64,000 nucleotides of DNA, from positions 3,773 to 67,772 of the forward strand of contig JAKSPU010000002.1 in the NCBI GenBank assembly GCA_024404505.1, in the 5' to 3' direction. The notes beneath the pieces were generated by a model. The model saw only the letters and a program-made list of their open reading frames with translations, was not told the origin of the DNA and did no database searches. Shown here one piece after another: positions 54,094 through 64,000 of this stretch; positions within the stretch are counted from its first letter, which is position 1; the number at the start of each line of letters is the position of its first letter. The position numbers and the translations under genes were made by a program. The DNA comes from Clostridia bacterium (GTDB lineage Bacteria; Bacillota; Clostridia; Oscillospirales; CAG-272).

Positions 54094-57000
54094 ATGAACA
54101 AAATGAAAGGATTGTTCGGACTGCTGCTTCTCCTTGCGGTCATACTCCTGACCCTGACCGCCTGCCACATCGAGAAGCGTCCGACCGTGATCACCGACCC
54201 GCCCGCCGACACCGCGCCGGAGCCGACTGATACCGAGCCTGCCACCGGGGCAGAGCCGGAACCGGACACAAAGCACGTTCACGTATACGGCGCATGGACG
54301 GAGCAGGTGGCGCCCACCTGCACGCAGCACGGCACCGAGATCCGCGTCTGTGCCTGCGGAGAAACCGAGACCCGCCCCGTGGACCCGAAGGGACACATCG
54401 AAGTCATCATGGAGGCGGTTGCCCCCACCTGCTCGTCTGTCGGTCTGACGGAGGGCAGACATTGCTCCGAGTGCGGCGAGGTTTTCTCGGAGCAGGAGGA
54501 GATCCCCATGCTGCCGCATACTGAGGTCACCGACTCCGCCGCCGCGCCGACCTGCACCGAGACCGGTCTGACCGAGGGCAGCCACTGTTCCGTCTGCAGC
54601 GCCGTGATCGTGCCACAGGAGACCGTTGCCGCGCTCGGGCATACTGAGGAAACGGACCTTGCCGTCGCGCCGACCTGTACTGAGACCGGTCTGACCGAGG
54701 GACGCCATTGCACAGTCTGCGGATCCGTGACCGTTCCGCAGGAGACCGTGGAGGCGCTCGGACACCAAGAGGTCGAGGACGCGGCGATCGCGCCTACCTG
54801 CACAGAGGTCGGCTGGACCGCGGGCAGCCACTGCGCCGTCTGCAACGCCGTATTCATCGTGCCGTCTGAGATCCCCGCTATGGGCCACACGCCCGTGACG
54901 GATCCCGCCGTTACGCCTACCTGCACCCGGAACGGCAAGACCAAGGGCAGCCACTGCGCTGTCTGCCGTGAAGTCCTCAAGGCGCAGGAGCCCATTTACG
55001 CCAAGGGACATCAGCCTGTGACCGATCCCGCCGTCGAGCCTACCTGCACCGAGTCCGGCTGGACCATGGGCACTCACTGCTCCGTCTGTCAGGCTGTCCT
55101 CGACGCTCCGACAGAGATCGCTCCGCTCGGCCATAAGCCCGTGACCGATCCGGCCGTTCGGCCTACCTGCACCGACACCGGTCTGACGGAGGGCAGCCAC
55201 TGCTCCGTGTGCCATGCCGTGGTCGTGAAGCAGCAGGTCATCGCTCCGCTCGGACACACTCTCGTCGTCGATCCCCGCGTCGAGCCGGGCTGCGTGGAGC
55301 CCGGTCTGACCGAAGGACAGCATTGTATCCTCTGCGGCGCCGTCGTGACGCCTCAGGAGGTGATCGAGCCGCTGGACCACCACATCGTCATCGATCCCGC
55401 CGTCGAGCCGACCTGCACGGAGCCCGGCTACACCGAAGGCACACACTGCGAACGATGTGATATCATCTTCATTCTGCAAAAAGAGATCCCCGCACTCGGC
55501 CACGTCGTGATCACGCAGCCCGCTGTTGAGGTCACCTGTACCACGGACGGCATCACCGAGGGCAGATACTGCCGCCGGTGTGGATTCGTGCTGGCCGAAC
55601 AGGTCGTTCTCCCGGCTCCGGGACACGATATCGTGAACGAGCCGGCTGTCGAGCCGACCTGCGTCACGGACGGTAAGACCAAAGGCTCGTACTGCTCCGT
55701 CTGCAACGAGCGTTTCCTTGAGCAGAAAACGATCAAGGCGCTCGGACATGACTTCGATTGGTATGTCTGCAGCCGCTGCGGTCTGGATCGGACGTCTCAG
55801 GGGCTGATATTCACCTCGAACGGTGACGGCACCTGCTCCGTCAGCGGCTGCGGCTCCTGCACCGATCAGACCGTAATCATCCCGGCCAAGTCTCCCGCGG
55901 GAGACAAGGTGACGGGCATCGCGGCCGGTGCCTTCAACTATAAGGATACCTCCCTCAGCCCGCGCTCCCTGCTGATCCCGCCCACCGTGACGTCCATCGG
56001 CAGCGACGCCTTCAAGGGCTGCCCGCTCCTGACCTCCGTGTCCATTCCGGACAGCGTGAAGTACGTCGGAGAGGACGCGTTCACGGGCTGCACGGCACTC
56101 AAGCTGACCACCTACGATAACGCCTGCTACATCGGCAACGAGGAGAACCCGTACCGCGTGCTGCTCTCCTGCACAAACAAGAACGCAGCCTCCAGCATCA
56201 TCCATCCCGAGACCGAGATCATCGCAAGCGGTGCGTACGACAAGTGCGTCAATCTGTTCACCATCACGATCCCTGCGCGCGTGTCCTGCATCAACGAGTT
56301 TGCCTTCAAGGATTGCACCGGTCTGGTCGGGATCTCCGTCAGCACCGGCAACCCCACGTACTACAGCCGGAACAACTGCGTGATCCGCTACGACGACGGT
56401 ACGCTCGTGCTGGGCTGCAGCCGCTCCGTCATCCCCAACGACCGCAGCGTCACCGCCATCGGTCCCGGCGCGTTCTATGGCTGCACGGGATTGACGAGCA
56501 TCGTTATCCCGGAGGTCGTCAAGCGCATCGATCACGATGCGTTCTACGGCTGCAAGTGGTTGAAGAGCATCACGCTGCCTGAAAGCCTGATTGAAATTGG
56601 AGAAAACGCCTTCTACGGCTGCGGAGAACTGAGAAAGCTCCTGATCCCGGATAACGTGACCAAGATCGGTCCGTATGCGTTCGCTTTCTGCTCCATCATG
56701 CTTGAGGTCAAGCTGCCCGAAAGCCTGACGACGATCCCGGAGTACCTGTTCTACAGCTGCTACAAGCTGCCTTCCGTCACGGTCCCGTCCCGCGTGACCG
56801 AGATCGGCGAGTATGCCTTCTTCTCATGCCGCGGTCTTGAAACAGTCAATCTCCCCGAGAGCCTGAAGACGATCGGCGAGTCTGCGTTCGGCTACTGCTC
56901 CGCGCTCAAGTCGATCACGGTGCCTGCCGGCGTGACGCGGTATGAAAACTATCTCTTCCGCGGTTGTGCCGTGCTGACCGATATCACCCTCGCCGATACC

Positions 57001-57276
57001 GTGACGTCCATCGGTAATTACACCTTCTCCGGGTGCAACAAGCTGAAGACGATCACCCTGTCCGAAAACCTGACGTCCATCGGCAACAACGCCTTTGCCG
57101 GCTGTTACGATCTGAATAAGATCGTCATTCCTGCCGGCGTGACCAAGATCGGCGCGTCTGCCTTCTCCGGCTGCGGCAAGCTGACCATCAATTGCCGCGT
57201 TTCCTCCAAGCCCGCCGCATGGGATACCAAATGGAACGTGTCCCTCTGCCCGGTGATTTGGAACTATGCGGGATGA
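54094..57276 (+). CDS. Large surface lipoprotein: Cys/His repeat array plus BspA-type LRR domain
   Basis: Lipobox LTLTAC and a Pro/Thr/Glu linker. A 41-aa repeat array covers aa 100-550, followed by ~480 aa of LRR units (IP..V..IG..AF..C..L). Confidence 0.85.
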   Translation: MNKMKGLFGLLLLLAVILLTLTACHIEKRPTVITDPPADTAPEPTDTEPATGAEPEPDTKHVHVYGAWTEQVAPTCTQHGTEIRVCACGETETRPVDPKGHIEVIMEAVAPTCSSVGLTEGRHCSECGEVFSEQEEIPMLPHTEVTDSAAAPTCTETGLTEGSHCSVCSAVIVPQETVAALGHTEETDLAVAPTCTETGLTEGRHCTVCGSVTVPQETVEALGHQEVEDAAIAPTCTEVGWTAGSHCAVCNAVFIVPSEIPAMGHTPVTDPAVTPTCTRNGKTKGSHCAVCREVLKAQEPIYAKGHQPVTDPAVEPTCTESGWTMGTHCSVCQAVLDAPTEIAPLGHKPVTDPAVRPTCTDTGLTEGSHCSVCHAVVVKQQVIAPLGHTLVVDPRVEPGCVEPGLTEGQHCILCGAVVTPQEVIEPLDHHIVIDPAVEPTCTEPGYTEGTHCERCDIIFILQKEIPALGHVVITQPAVEVTCTTDGITEGRYCRRCGFVLAEQVVLPAPGHDIVNEPAVEPTCVTDGKTKGSYCSVCNERFLEQKTIKALGHDFDWYVCSRCGLDRTSQGLIFTSNGDGTCSVSGCGSCTDQTVIIPAKSPAGDKVTGIAAGAFNYKDTSLSPRSLLIPPTVTSIGSDAFKGCPLLTSVSIPDSVKYVGEDAFTGCTALKLTTYDNACYIGNEENPYRVLLSCTNKNAASSIIHPETEIIASGAYDKCVNLFTITIPARVSCINEFAFKDCTGLVGISVSTGNPTYYSRNNCVIRYDDGTLVLGCSRSVIPNDRSVTAIGPGAFYGCTGLTSIVIPEVVKRIDHDAFYGCKWLKSITLPESLIEIGENAFYGCGELRKLLIPDNVTKIGPYAFAFCSIMLEVKLPESLTTIPEYLFYSCYKLPSVTVPSRVTEIGEYAFFSCRGLETVNLPESLKTIGESAFGYCSALKSITVPAGVTRYENYLFRGCAVLTDITLADTVTSIGNYTFSGCNKLKTITLSENLTSIGNNAFAGCYDLNKIVIPAGVTKIGASAFSGCGKLTINCRVSSKPAAWDTKWNVSLCPVIWNYAG
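54391..55743 (+). repeat. 11 tandem in-frame 123-bp (41-aa) repeats
   Basis: Each unit reads GH.(P)V.D.AV.PTCTE.G.TEG.HC.VC..V....E.I..L. Degenerate half-units flank the array (aa 61-99 and 551-575). Confidence 0.9.
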
Positions 57277-57459
57277 TATCCGGGACTCTGTCCCGCGCCT
57301 CAAGGATGCGTTTGCGGGGCTCTGCCCCGCGCCGGGAGAACGCCGGGGCCCTGCCCCGGACCCCGCTCAAGGACTTCTTGAAAGAAGTCCTTGAGAATCC
57401 CAAGAACTTTTATACAGGATAAGAATTGACCGAGGTTGAGATTTCCGCCGAACGAGACA

Positions 57460-57490
57460 GGTGGGTGCCGTCACAGGTGCCCACCCTTTT
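57460..57490 (+). terminator. Intrinsic terminator (shared repeat module) after the LRR gene
   Basis: GGTGGGTGCC-GTCACA-GGTGCCCACC followed by CTTTT. Confidence 0.75.
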
Positions 57491-57562
57491 AGGTACCATC
57501 GCGCATCGCGCGGTGGTACCATAACGCCCACGTGAGGGCCCCTGTCCCCACGACTGCGTCTC

Positions 57563-57594
57563 AAAAAAGGCGGGCGCCCATGAGGGCACCCGCC
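57563..57594 (-). terminator. Intrinsic terminator (shared repeat module) after argH
   Basis: Minus strand reads GGCGGGTGCCC-TCAT-GGGCGCCCGCC followed by TTTTTT. Confidence 0.8.
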
Positions 57595-57721
57595 AATCCC
57601 ATTCAGCGTAAACTTAACCTTGGTCAATATACTTTTTGAAAGTCCTTGAGCGGGGTATGGGGCAGAGCCCCATGCGTTCTCCACGTGTGGGGCAGAGCCC
57701 CATGCGTCCCCCTATCCTTCG

Positions 57722-59095
57722 TCAGCCCAGATAAGGCTTGAGCCACTCGATCTGGGCCAGCACGGAGTCGTGTCCGGTGCCGCCGGCCGAGGTGCGGGTC
57801 TGGACGCAGACGGCGAGGTCGATGGCACGATACACGTCCTCGTCAAACAGATCGGACCACGATCTGTAAACGTCCAGCGGGACGGTGTCCAGCACGAGAC
57901 CGTTCCTGATGCAGTAGGCAACAGCCTGCCCGGAGATCTTGTAGGCGGTGCGGAAGGGCATCCCCTTGCGGGTCAGGTAGTCGGCCAGATCGGTCGCGTT
58001 GATGAAGCCCTTCTTAGCGGCGGAAAGCATATTGTCCTCCAGAACCTTCATGCCGGCGAGCATGGGCGTGAAGACCGTCAGACATTGCTTCACGGTGTCG
58101 ACAGCGTCAAAGATGGCCTCCTTGTCCTCCTGCATATCCTTGTTGTAGGCGAGGGGAAGCCCCTTGAGTACGGTCAGCGTGGCAACCAGATCGCCGTATA
58201 CGCGCCCCGTCTTGCCGCGCACCAGCTCGGCCATATCGGGATTCTTCTTCTGCGGCATGATGCTGGAGCCGGTGGTGAAGGCGTCGTCCAGCTCAATGAA
58301 CTTGAATTCCCACGAGGACCACAGCACGACCTCCTCGGAGAAGCGGGACAGGTGCATCATGACGGTGGACAGCGCGGACAGCAGCTCGATGCAGAAATCG
58401 CGGTCGGATACACCGTCGATGGAGTTCATGGAAATGCCGTCAAAGCCGAGCAGCTCCGCCGTCTTGTACCGGTCGGTGGGGTAGGTCGTCCCGGCGAGCG
58501 CACAGGAGCCGAGCGGACAGACGTTCATGCGCTTCACGGCGTCGGCGATGCGGTCGATGTCGCGGGCGAACATCATGCCGTAAGCCAGCAGATGATGCGC
58601 GAACGTGATCGGCTGCGCGCGCTGCAGATGGGTGTAACCCGGCATGACCGTGTCCACGTGGGCGGACGCCTGATCGAGTATGACAGCCAGCAGCTCCCGC
58701 AGCTGTCCTGTGATGGCGGCAGCCTCGTCGCGCAGGTACAGGCGGATGTCCACCGCGACCTGATCGTTGCGGCTGCGGGCGGTGTGCAGGCGCTTGCCCG
58801 CGTCGCCGATGCGGGCCGTCAGCTCGGCCTCGATGAACATATGGATGTCCTCGGCCTCGGGATCGAAGGGCAGACGTCCGGCCTCGATGTCGGTGAGAAT
58901 AGAGGTAAGCCCCGCGGTGATGTCCTCAAGATCCTGCGCGGACAGGATGCCCTGCGCCGCCAGCATGGAGGCGTGCGCCAGCGAGCCGCGGATGTCCTGG
59001 CGGAACATCCGGCAGTCGAAACGGATGGAGGAATTGAAATCGTTGGCCTTCTGATCGAGCGCCTTCTCAAAGCGCCCTGCCCACATTTTTTCCAT
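57722..59095 (-). CDS. argH: Argininosuccinate lyase
   Basis: MWAGRFEK... start and fumarate-lyase signature GSSIMPQKKNPD. Start codon is ambiguous (59095 ATG preferred; 59086 ATG or 59122 TTG possible). Confidence 0.92.
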   Translation of the reverse strand: MEKMWAGRFEKALDQKANDFNSSIRFDCRMFRQDIRGSLAHASMLAAQGILSAQDLEDITAGLTSILTDIEAGRLPFDPEAEDIHMFIEAELTARIGDAGKRLHTARSRNDQVAVDIRLYLRDEAAAITGQLRELLAVILDQASAHVDTVMPGYTHLQRAQPITFAHHLLAYGMMFARDIDRIADAVKRMNVCPLGSCALAGTTYPTDRYKTAELLGFDGISMNSIDGVSDRDFCIELLSALSTVMMHLSRFSEEVVLWSSWEFKFIELDDAFTTGSSIMPQKKNPDMAELVRGKTGRVYGDLVATLTVLKGLPLAYNKDMQEDKEAIFDAVDTVKQCLTVFTPMLAGMKVLEDNMLSAAKKGFINATDLADYLTRKGMPFRTAYKISGQAVAYCIRNGLVLDTVPLDVYRSWSDLFDEDVYRAIDLAVCVQTRTSAGGTGHDSVLAQIEWLKPYLG

Positions 59096-59154
59096 GATCC
59101 TGTATAATCCTTTCGGGTTCAAATTTAATAGTTATAAAGTCCTTGAAAGAGGGT

Positions 59155-59190
59155 CTGGGAGGAAACTTCCTTCAGGAAGTTTCCTCCCAG
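59155..59190 (-). other. 16-bp hairpin between argG and argH
   Basis: CTGGGAGGAAACTTCC-TGAA-GGAAGTTTCCTCCCAG on the minus strand with no T-run. It is followed by CTTTCAAGGACTTT, a fragment of the repeat-family hairpin. Confidence 0.6.
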
Positions 59191-59203
59191 CGCGTCTTCA
59201 TTC

Positions 59204-60427
<1,224 letters not shown>

Positions 60428-60489
60428 AATGAATCCTCCGATTGTATATATACATAAATTTTCTGCATATTATGGATGCAACAGAGTAT

Positions 60490-60518
60490 ATTATAGCACA
60501 GCCTGCATGAATATTCAA
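60490..60518 (-). promoter_or_regulatory. Sigma-A-type promoter of argG-argH with overlapping palindromes
   Basis: Minus strand reads TTGAAT, 17-nt spacer, TGc-TATAAT. Palindrome TGAATATTCA (60508-60517) overlaps the -35, and TGCAT-N7-ATGCA (60464-60480) lies just downstream of the -10. Confidence 0.65.
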
Positions 60519-60680
60519 TAGAATATGCCAAATTCCTTCGTTTTCTGCGTTTTGCACGAATCACGCGGAAAAACGCGGAGCAATTTATGCAATCGGCCGA
60601 AAGACGCCGTGCTGTCTGATGTTTTCCGGGCTTTCCGGCAGGGCAGCACGGTCGGAAAACAGGAAAATACGGCGGGCGCA

Positions 60681-60709
60681 TTGACAGGGACCCGTGAATA
60701 TGTTATAAT
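60681..60709 (+). promoter_or_regulatory. Sigma-A-type promoter of the discoidin-domain lipoprotein gene
   Basis: TTGACA, 17-nt spacer, TGt-TATAAT. Confidence 0.7.
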
Positions 60710-60759
60710 CAATGTAATCAAACGGGTACGAACCCGCTGCATATCGGAGGTATAACAGT

Positions 60760-63279
60760 ATGAAGTATGCAATCCGAATCCTTTTGCTCGGACTCTCCGT
60801 CTGCCTTTTGTGCCTGCTCGGCGCCTGCACCGGACCGTCCGGAGACGTGGAGACAGATACCGATACAAGCGTGCCATCGGAGACACCGACGGCGCCGGAT
60901 GAGATTCCCACCGAGGCCCCGACCGAGGCACCCACAGAGCCGGAAACGGAGGATCCCAACCTGATCCCTGGCGTCCCCGGCGACGAGATCGGCATCGGCA
61001 ACGTCGCGCCTGAGGGTTACGCGATGGCAGGGTCGACCAAGACCGGGACCAACGTCCTGCTCAACGACGGTGACCCGGCCACGGGCTTCGTCTCCCGCGA
61101 GTTCGGCAGCACGACCGTGGACACCTACGTTTTCATCGACCTCGGACGGCAGTATGCGCTGCACTCTGTCGTTCTTCTGCCGATGACGGGGAAGGAGGCT
61201 GCCTTCCCGCAGGCCTTCGACGTGCAGGTGTCAGACGACTTTGAAGTCTGGAAGACCGTTGGCAAGGTCGAGTTCGGCTCCGATCCGGATGCCTCCGGCA
61301 TCACCGTCGATATCGACGGCGCATCGGGAACGTACGTCCGCCTCGCGGTAACCAAGCTGTCCGATAAACAGAAGACGTACGCCATCGGCGAGATGCAGGT
61401 CATGGCGCATATCGACCGCACGAACAACCTCGTCATGAAGCAGGAGGACCTGTGGCTGTATATCGACACGCCCGCGTCGCTTGCACGCGGCCGTCTGCGC
61501 GTGGAGAACACCGCGGCTGACGCACCGCTGCGTTTCATGACTGCCGATCCCTCTATCGTGACCGTCGACCACGAGACCGGTCTTATGACGCCCGTCGGGT
61601 ACGGCGACACGCTGGTGTACGCCTACGACGGCACCAACCTGACCGCCTGCCGTGTCAAGGTCATCGACGAGCGGGAGACGAACGTCCGCATCTCCACCTT
61701 CTATCACTCCAGCTTTGGCAATCCGCAGCCCATTCCCCAATGCCTTGACTACATGAAGGAGGCGGGCATTGAGTTCCTTGAGGAGACCCGCGCCTATGAC
61801 GCCGTCGGCAATCAGGTCTGCGATTGGATGATGCACCTGTGTGCCGAGCGCGGCATCTTCTACTCGGTCTGCGACCCGCTCAACAGCGGCGACCTCGCCA
61901 AGGCCGACGATAAGGCGGTCATAGCCCTCGTGCAGAAGTACGAGAACAGGGCCGGCTTCGGCGGCATCTACCTGACCGACGAGCCGCACGAGGAGTCCAA
62001 CGACTACGCGCGCGTCGCCCGCGTGATCAGCGCGTACAATCCCCACGTGACACCGCACCTGAATATGCTGCCTATCGGCGGCTTCCCGTCGTGGGACGAG
62101 TACATCAGCGATTACTGTGCCGTTGCGGGAGGCATCTCCCGCATGGAGTATCTGTCCTATGACAATTACTGCTTCCTTGCGAACGGCGGCTTCAACAGCG
62201 GCGTATACGACTCCCTCAACAGGATCCGCAAGTACGGACTCAAGTACAACGCCGCCACCGGCTACTATATGCAGTGCATGGAGATCAAGGGTTCGTACCG
62301 CATCTCCTCCGATACCGAGCTGCTGATGAATGCTTCGATGGGCATCACCTACGGCATGAAGAATTTCAAGTGGTTCGTCTATCTGACGCCCATCGGCTCC
62401 GGGGAGGCTTTCACGACGGGCATGATTTCCGCCGATTTCACGCCGTCTGTGATGTATGAGGGCGTCAAGGCTGCCAACGCGCGCATCCGGGAGGTCGGCC
62501 GCGTGCTCGGTGGTGCGGATGCCGTGGAGGTCTATCACTCGAATGCGACGAACGGCAACGAGGTCGTCCCGTCTGATTTCGTCATCACCCAGACCACGAA
62601 GAACGAGGCGATCTACTCGCTGTATCAGTCGCTGACCGACGATCAGCAGTACGTCGTCATCGTCAACCGCAAGTTCAGCGCCAACGGAGATCGCGAGTTC
62701 ACGTTCCGGGCCGCGGCGGACGTTGAGTCCCTTGAGATCCTGTCGGATGGTGTATTCGTACCCGTGGACGTGAACGCCGACAATGAATTCATCATGCTGA
62801 TCCCTGCCGGTGATTGCATCGTGCTCAAGCTGCCCGCGGGATATGACGCCCGTCGTCCGGTCGGTCAGCCCGCCGCGAATCTTGCGCTTGACCGCGCCGC
62901 GTTCGTATCCTCGTCGCAGTACACGTTCTGGTCCTCCTCCAAGCAGGCGGCATGGCGCCTGACGGACGGGCAGACCGAGGCCGGCTGCTGGATGGCAGGC
63001 AACGACGACAAGACGCCCGCGATCACGGTCGATCTCGGCAAGGTGTCCGCGGTCAGCAGGGTCATGCTGTACGCGTCGGACAAGCGGTTCCCCAAGAGCT
63101 TTGTGATCGAGGTGTCCGCGGACGGAAGCACGTGGACTAAGGTCTATGAAGAGGAGGGCGTCACCCTCAAGAGCGGCGAAGCCTGCACCGCGGACTTCGA
63201 CACCGTGGACGCCCGCTTCGTCCGTATCAGCTGCACGCAGCGCACTGCCAAGATCGCGGAGATCGAGATTTATGAGTAA
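60760..63279 (+). CDS. Lipoprotein with two F5/8 type C (discoidin) domains, a Big_2-like domain and a central glycoside-hydrolase-like region
   Basis: Lipobox LLGAC and a Pro/Thr/Glu linker. Discoidin-like segments sit at the N-terminus (FIDLGRQYALHSVVLLP...FDVQVSDD) and C-terminus (ITVDLGKVSAVSRVMLYA...FVIEVSADGSTW). A Big_2-like segment reads MTADPSIVTVDHETGLMTPVGYG. Confidence 0.75.
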   Translation: MKYAIRILLLGLSVCLLCLLGACTGPSGDVETDTDTSVPSETPTAPDEIPTEAPTEAPTEPETEDPNLIPGVPGDEIGIGNVAPEGYAMAGSTKTGTNVLLNDGDPATGFVSREFGSTTVDTYVFIDLGRQYALHSVVLLPMTGKEAAFPQAFDVQVSDDFEVWKTVGKVEFGSDPDASGITVDIDGASGTYVRLAVTKLSDKQKTYAIGEMQVMAHIDRTNNLVMKQEDLWLYIDTPASLARGRLRVENTAADAPLRFMTADPSIVTVDHETGLMTPVGYGDTLVYAYDGTNLTACRVKVIDERETNVRISTFYHSSFGNPQPIPQCLDYMKEAGIEFLEETRAYDAVGNQVCDWMMHLCAERGIFYSVCDPLNSGDLAKADDKAVIALVQKYENRAGFGGIYLTDEPHEESNDYARVARVISAYNPHVTPHLNMLPIGGFPSWDEYISDYCAVAGGISRMEYLSYDNYCFLANGGFNSGVYDSLNRIRKYGLKYNAATGYYMQCMEIKGSYRISSDTELLMNASMGITYGMKNFKWFVYLTPIGSGEAFTTGMISADFTPSVMYEGVKAANARIREVGRVLGGADAVEVYHSNATNGNEVVPSDFVITQTTKNEAIYSLYQSLTDDQQYVVIVNRKFSANGDREFTFRAAADVESLEILSDGVFVPVDVNADNEFIMLIPAGDCIVLKLPAGYDARRPVGQPAANLALDRAAFVSSSQYTFWSSSKQAAWRLTDGQTEAGCWMAGNDDKTPAITVDLGKVSAVSRVMLYASDKRFPKSFVIEVSADGSTWTKVYEEEGVTLKSGEACTADFDTVDARFVRISCTQRTAKIAEIEIYE

Positions 63280-63291
63280 ATGGGATGCGCC

Positions 63292-63668
63292 GGGGCTCTG
63301 CCCCACGTCCGGGGGACGCTTACGGGGCTCTGCCCCGGACCCCGCTCAAGGACTTCTTGAAAGAAGTCCTTGAGAATCTCAAGAACTTTTATACAAGGAT
63401 AAGAATTGATCGGGGTTTGGTTTACGCCAAACGAGATAGGTGGGGGCCGTCATGGGCGCCCACCTTTTTGCTTACGCTTCAAACATTTCCGCATCTGGCA
63501 GGATAAGGGTGCAGGGAGAAGGGAGCGGCATTGCCGCTCCCTTCTCCCTGCGTATAAAGATCTATTGCTCCCCCTCCCGCGCACGGGAGGGGGTAGGGGG
63601 GTAGGTCCCCGAGCGCGGAGCGCGAGGCGCTGCCCCCCCGCCGGCGGGGGTCAAGGGGCCGCAGCCCC
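63292..63668. repeat. Composite intergenic repeat, copy 7
   Basis: The forward unit has GGGGCTCTGCCCC at 63292 and 63324, a hairpin at 63345-63374, AAGAACTTT at 63381-63389 and a terminator at 63438-63469. Extra hairpins follow at 63512-63550 and 63570-63593, and GGGGC-CGCA-GCCCC at 63655-63668 abuts the fumC stop. Confidence 0.8.
63438..63469 (+). terminator. Intrinsic terminator (shared repeat module) after the discoidin gene
   Basis: AGGTGGGGGCC-GTCAT-GGGCGCCCACCT followed by TTTT. Confidence 0.8.
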
Positions 63669-63671
63669 TGC

Positions 63672-64000
63672 TCACACCATCTGCTCCGGCCTCACGATCT
63701 CGTCAAACCGTTCGCCCGTCATGTACCCGAGCCGGACGCAGGCCTCGCGCAGCGTCAGCCCCTCGGCGTGCGCCAGCTTGGCGACCTTTGCCGCGTTCTC
63801 GTACCCGATATACGGGTTGAGCGCGGTGACGAGCATCAGCGACTTGTGCAGATTCTCGTCCATCCGCTCACGATTGGCGCGGATGCCGGACACACAGTGG
63901 ACGTTGAAGGATTCAACGGCACCGATCAGCAGCCGAACGGACTGCAGGAAGTTATAAATGCACACCGGCATGAACACGTTCAGCTCAAAGTTGCCCTGTG
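63672..64000 (-). CDS. fumC: Class II fumarate hydratase, C-terminal part (gene continues beyond the window)
   Basis: [11 protein letters not shown]...[36 protein letters not shown]...VRPEQMV closely parallels the FumC C-terminus. The frame is open to nt 64000. Confidence 0.8.
   Translation of the reverse strand, partial: QGNFELNVFMPVCIYNFLQSVRLLIGAVESFNVHCVSGIRANRERMDENLHKSLMLVTALNPYIGYENAAKVAKLAHAEGLTLREACVRLGYMTGERFDEIVRPEQMV

Larger units (their letters stand above)
57282..57701. repeat. Composite intergenic repeat, copy 6 (head-to-head units between convergent genes)
   Basis: The forward unit has GGGACTCTGTCCC 57282, GGGGCTCTGCCCC 57316 and GGGGCCCTGCCCC 57345, a hairpin at 57366-57395 and AAGAACTTT at 57402-57410. 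The extra AGGTACC hairpin is at 57491-57521. The inverted unit has GGGGCAGAGCCCC at 57659 and 57689. Confidence 0.85.

Noticed and set aside
53860-56535. 891-aa minus-strand ORF antisense to the large LRR lipoprotein gene. Similar long antisense ORFs occur at 61231-63306, 30166-32520, 37436-39376, 24029-26104 and 9247-11094.
   Set aside because: The reasoning is the same. Each lies opposite a CDS with clear family motifs, has Arg/Gly/Asp/His-rich compositions, often spans real intergenic repeats or terminators, and lacks RBS support.

Overview
High-GC Clostridia-type chromosomal segment (Oscillospiraceae/Ruminococcaceae-like codon style), densely coding with about 44 CDS. I saw no rRNA, tRNA, CRISPR array, transposase, phage gene or recognisable defence gene. 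The content is mostly housekeeping and cell envelope. It includes a Yip1 / DUF5696-like / two-permease sugar-ABC cluster (1-9135), pepD and rny. There are two paralogous ECF sigma/anti-sigma pairs and two BspA-type LRR lipoproteins. A candidate THF-riboswitch precedes a folT-folC-pepT operon. An MBOAT + DHHW acyltransferase pair is present, as is a maf-mreB-CPBP-PBP2-RNHCP-ruvX operon. Other genes include rarA, lysC, two MsbA-like exporters, argG-argH and a partial fumC. Three signals stand out beyond the gene calls. First, a modular, hairpin-rich intergenic repeat family fills seven long 3' intergenic regions; it shows compensatory stem changes, the same terminator behind six unrelated genes, and flanking direct repeats at two copies. 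Second, 11 tandem 41-aa Cys/His repeats sit in a 1,060-aa LRR lipoprotein, and a related motif occurs in an anti-sigma ectodomain. Third, the Yip1 + giant DUF5696-like gene pair is functionally uncharacterised, and the giant protein carries a helical insertion of roughly 900 aa. Eleven promoters match TTGACA-17-TGnTATAAT closely. All family calls come from reading the translations; no database search was run.
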